DNA from: Eledone cirrhosa
Lineage: Eukaryota
DNA length: 64,000 nucleotides
Assembly: GCA_964016885.1 (NCBI GenBank)
Contig: OZ024743.1
Coordinates: 139,128,001-139,192,000, forward strand
Direction of reading: 5' to 3'
The position numbers and the translations under genes are program-made. This document shows, piece by piece, positions 63,000-64,000 of this stretch. A model generated the notes under the pieces. That model saw only the letters and a program-made list of their open reading frames with translations. It was not told the origin of the DNA and did not search any database. Each line of letters begins with the position of its first letter. Position 1 is the first letter of the stretch.

Positions 63000-64000
63000 C
63001 TTGGTGTTTGGTGCTTGGTTCTTGGTGCTTGGTGCTTGGTGTTTGGTGATTGCTGCTTGGTGCTTGGTGTTTGGTGCTTGGTGCTTGGTGATTAGTGTTT
63101 GGTGATTGGTGCTTGGGATTTGCTGTTTGGTGCTTGGTGTTTGGTGCTTGGTGCTTGATGTTTGGTGTTTGGTGTTTGGTTCTTGGTGCTTGGTGTTTGG
63201 TGTTTGGTGTCTGGTGCTTGGTGCTTGGTGCCTGGTGTTTGGTGCTTGGTGCTTGGTGCTTGGTGTTTGGTGCTGCGTGCTTGGTGTTTGGTGCTTGGTG
63301 CTTGGTGATTATTGTTTGGTGCTTTGTGTTTGGTGCTTGGTGTTTGGTGATTGGTGCTTGGTGCTTGGTGCTTGGTGTTAGGTGTTTGGTGCTTGGTGAT
63401 TGGTGTTTGATGTTAGGTTCTTGGTGCTTGGTGTTTGGTGTTTGGTGCTTGGTGCTTGGTCTTTGGTGTTTGGTGCTTGGTGCTTGGTGCTTGGTGCTTG
63501 GTGCTTGGTGCTTGGTGCTTGGTGTTTGGTGATTGGTTCTTGGTGCTTGGTGCTTGGTGTTTGGTGATTGCTGCTTGGTGCTTGGTGTTTGGTGCTTGGT
63601 GCTTGGTGATTAGTGTTTGGTGATTGGTGCTTGGGATTTGCTGTTTGGTGCTTGGTGTTTGGTGCTTGGTGCTTGATGTTTGGTGTTTGGTGTTTGGTTC
63701 TTGGTGCTTGGTGTTTGGTGTTTGGTGTCTGGTGCTTGGTGCTTGGTGCTTGGTGTTTGGTGCTTGGTGCTTGGTGTTTGGTGCTGCGTGCTTGGTGTTT
63801 GGTGCTTGGTGCTTGGTGATTAGTGTTTGGTGCTTTGTGTTTGGTGCTTGGTGTTTGGTGCTTGGTGCTTGGTGCTTGGTGCTTGGTGTTAGGTGTTTGG
63901 TGCTTGGTGATTGGTGTTTGATGTTAGGTTCTTGGTGCTTGGTGTTTGGTGTTTGGTGCTTGGTGCTTGGTGTTTGGTGTTTGGTGCTTGGTGCTTGGTG
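63000..64000 (+). repeat. About 518-bp (74-unit) tandem duplication
   Basis: The private variant CTTGGGATTTGC occurs at about 63112 and 63630. ORF starts 63095 and 63613 match. Confidence 0.85.

Larger units (their letters stand above)
1..64000 (+). repeat. Simple satellite array, 7-bp unit TTGGTG(C/T), about 9,100 copies, single orientation, extends beyond both window edges
   Basis: Read directly. Every line parses into TTGGTGC/TTGGTGT units plus substitution variants (TTGCTGT, TTGTTGT, TTGATGT, TTGGTGA, TTAGTGT, TTGGGGT, CTGGTGC, TTCGTGC and others). All three frames on a strand translate to the same heptapeptide, as expected for a 7-bp period. Confidence 0.99.

Noticed and set aside
149-63819. 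Hundreds of plus-strand ORFs rich in W/C/L/V/G that resemble membrane proteins
   Set aside because: They overlap in all three frames with the same heptapeptide and start at GTG/TTG within the repeat. They have no unique domain and no RBS or splice context, so they are translation artefacts of a stop-free 7-mer.
626-63930. Scattered TTAGG pentamers (arthropod-type telomere motif)
   Set aside because: They occur singly as a T>A variant (TTGGTGT TAGGTGT) in 7-bp phase and are never tandem.
1-64000. CRISPR array with GGTGATTAGTGTTTGG as the direct repeat
   Set aside because: The intervening sequence is the same satellite, spacing is long and irregular, and there are no unique spacers or cas genes.
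1-64000. Pure sequencing or basecalling artefact, or simulated low-complexity sequence
   Set aside because: Rare variants and indels recur in consistent nested haplotype blocks with a very low indel rate, which error processes would not produce. The copy number of individual blocks could still be misassembled.
1-64000. Embedded transposon, RNA gene, inversion, hairpin or terminator
   Set aside because: I found no non-repeat segment and no reverse-orientation (CACCAA) tract on the plus strand. The scarcity of A and C prevents substantial intrastrand Watson-Crick stems.

Overview
The whole 64,000-bp window is a single head-to-tail tandem array of a degenerate heptamer, consensus (TTGGTGY)n, i.e. 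TTGGTGC/TTGGTGT; the opposite strand reads (RCACCAA)n. That is about 9,100 units in one orientation, with no unique sequence and neither array boundary visible. I see no credible gene, RNA gene, mobile element or CRISPR array. Every ORF in the track is the satellite read in frame: WCLV[LF]G[AV] on + and KHQ[AT]P[SN]T on -. The information lies in the variant units, which reveal nested higher-order duplications with periods of about 119, 210, 280, 406, 518, 1204, 1414, 1791-2443, 2212, 2575, 3370 and 5800 bp. Variant cassettes are reshuffled between copies, some variants are confined to regional subfamilies, and the 7-bp register is almost perfectly kept (12 phase breaks found by eye). The best interpretation is heterochromatic, centromeric or subtelomeric satellite DNA, or a telomere-like array amplified by recombination. 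The organism and function cannot be determined from the window. Higher-order repeat (HOR) periods come from offsets between matching ORF-track entries and landmark variants, and block boundaries are approximate.
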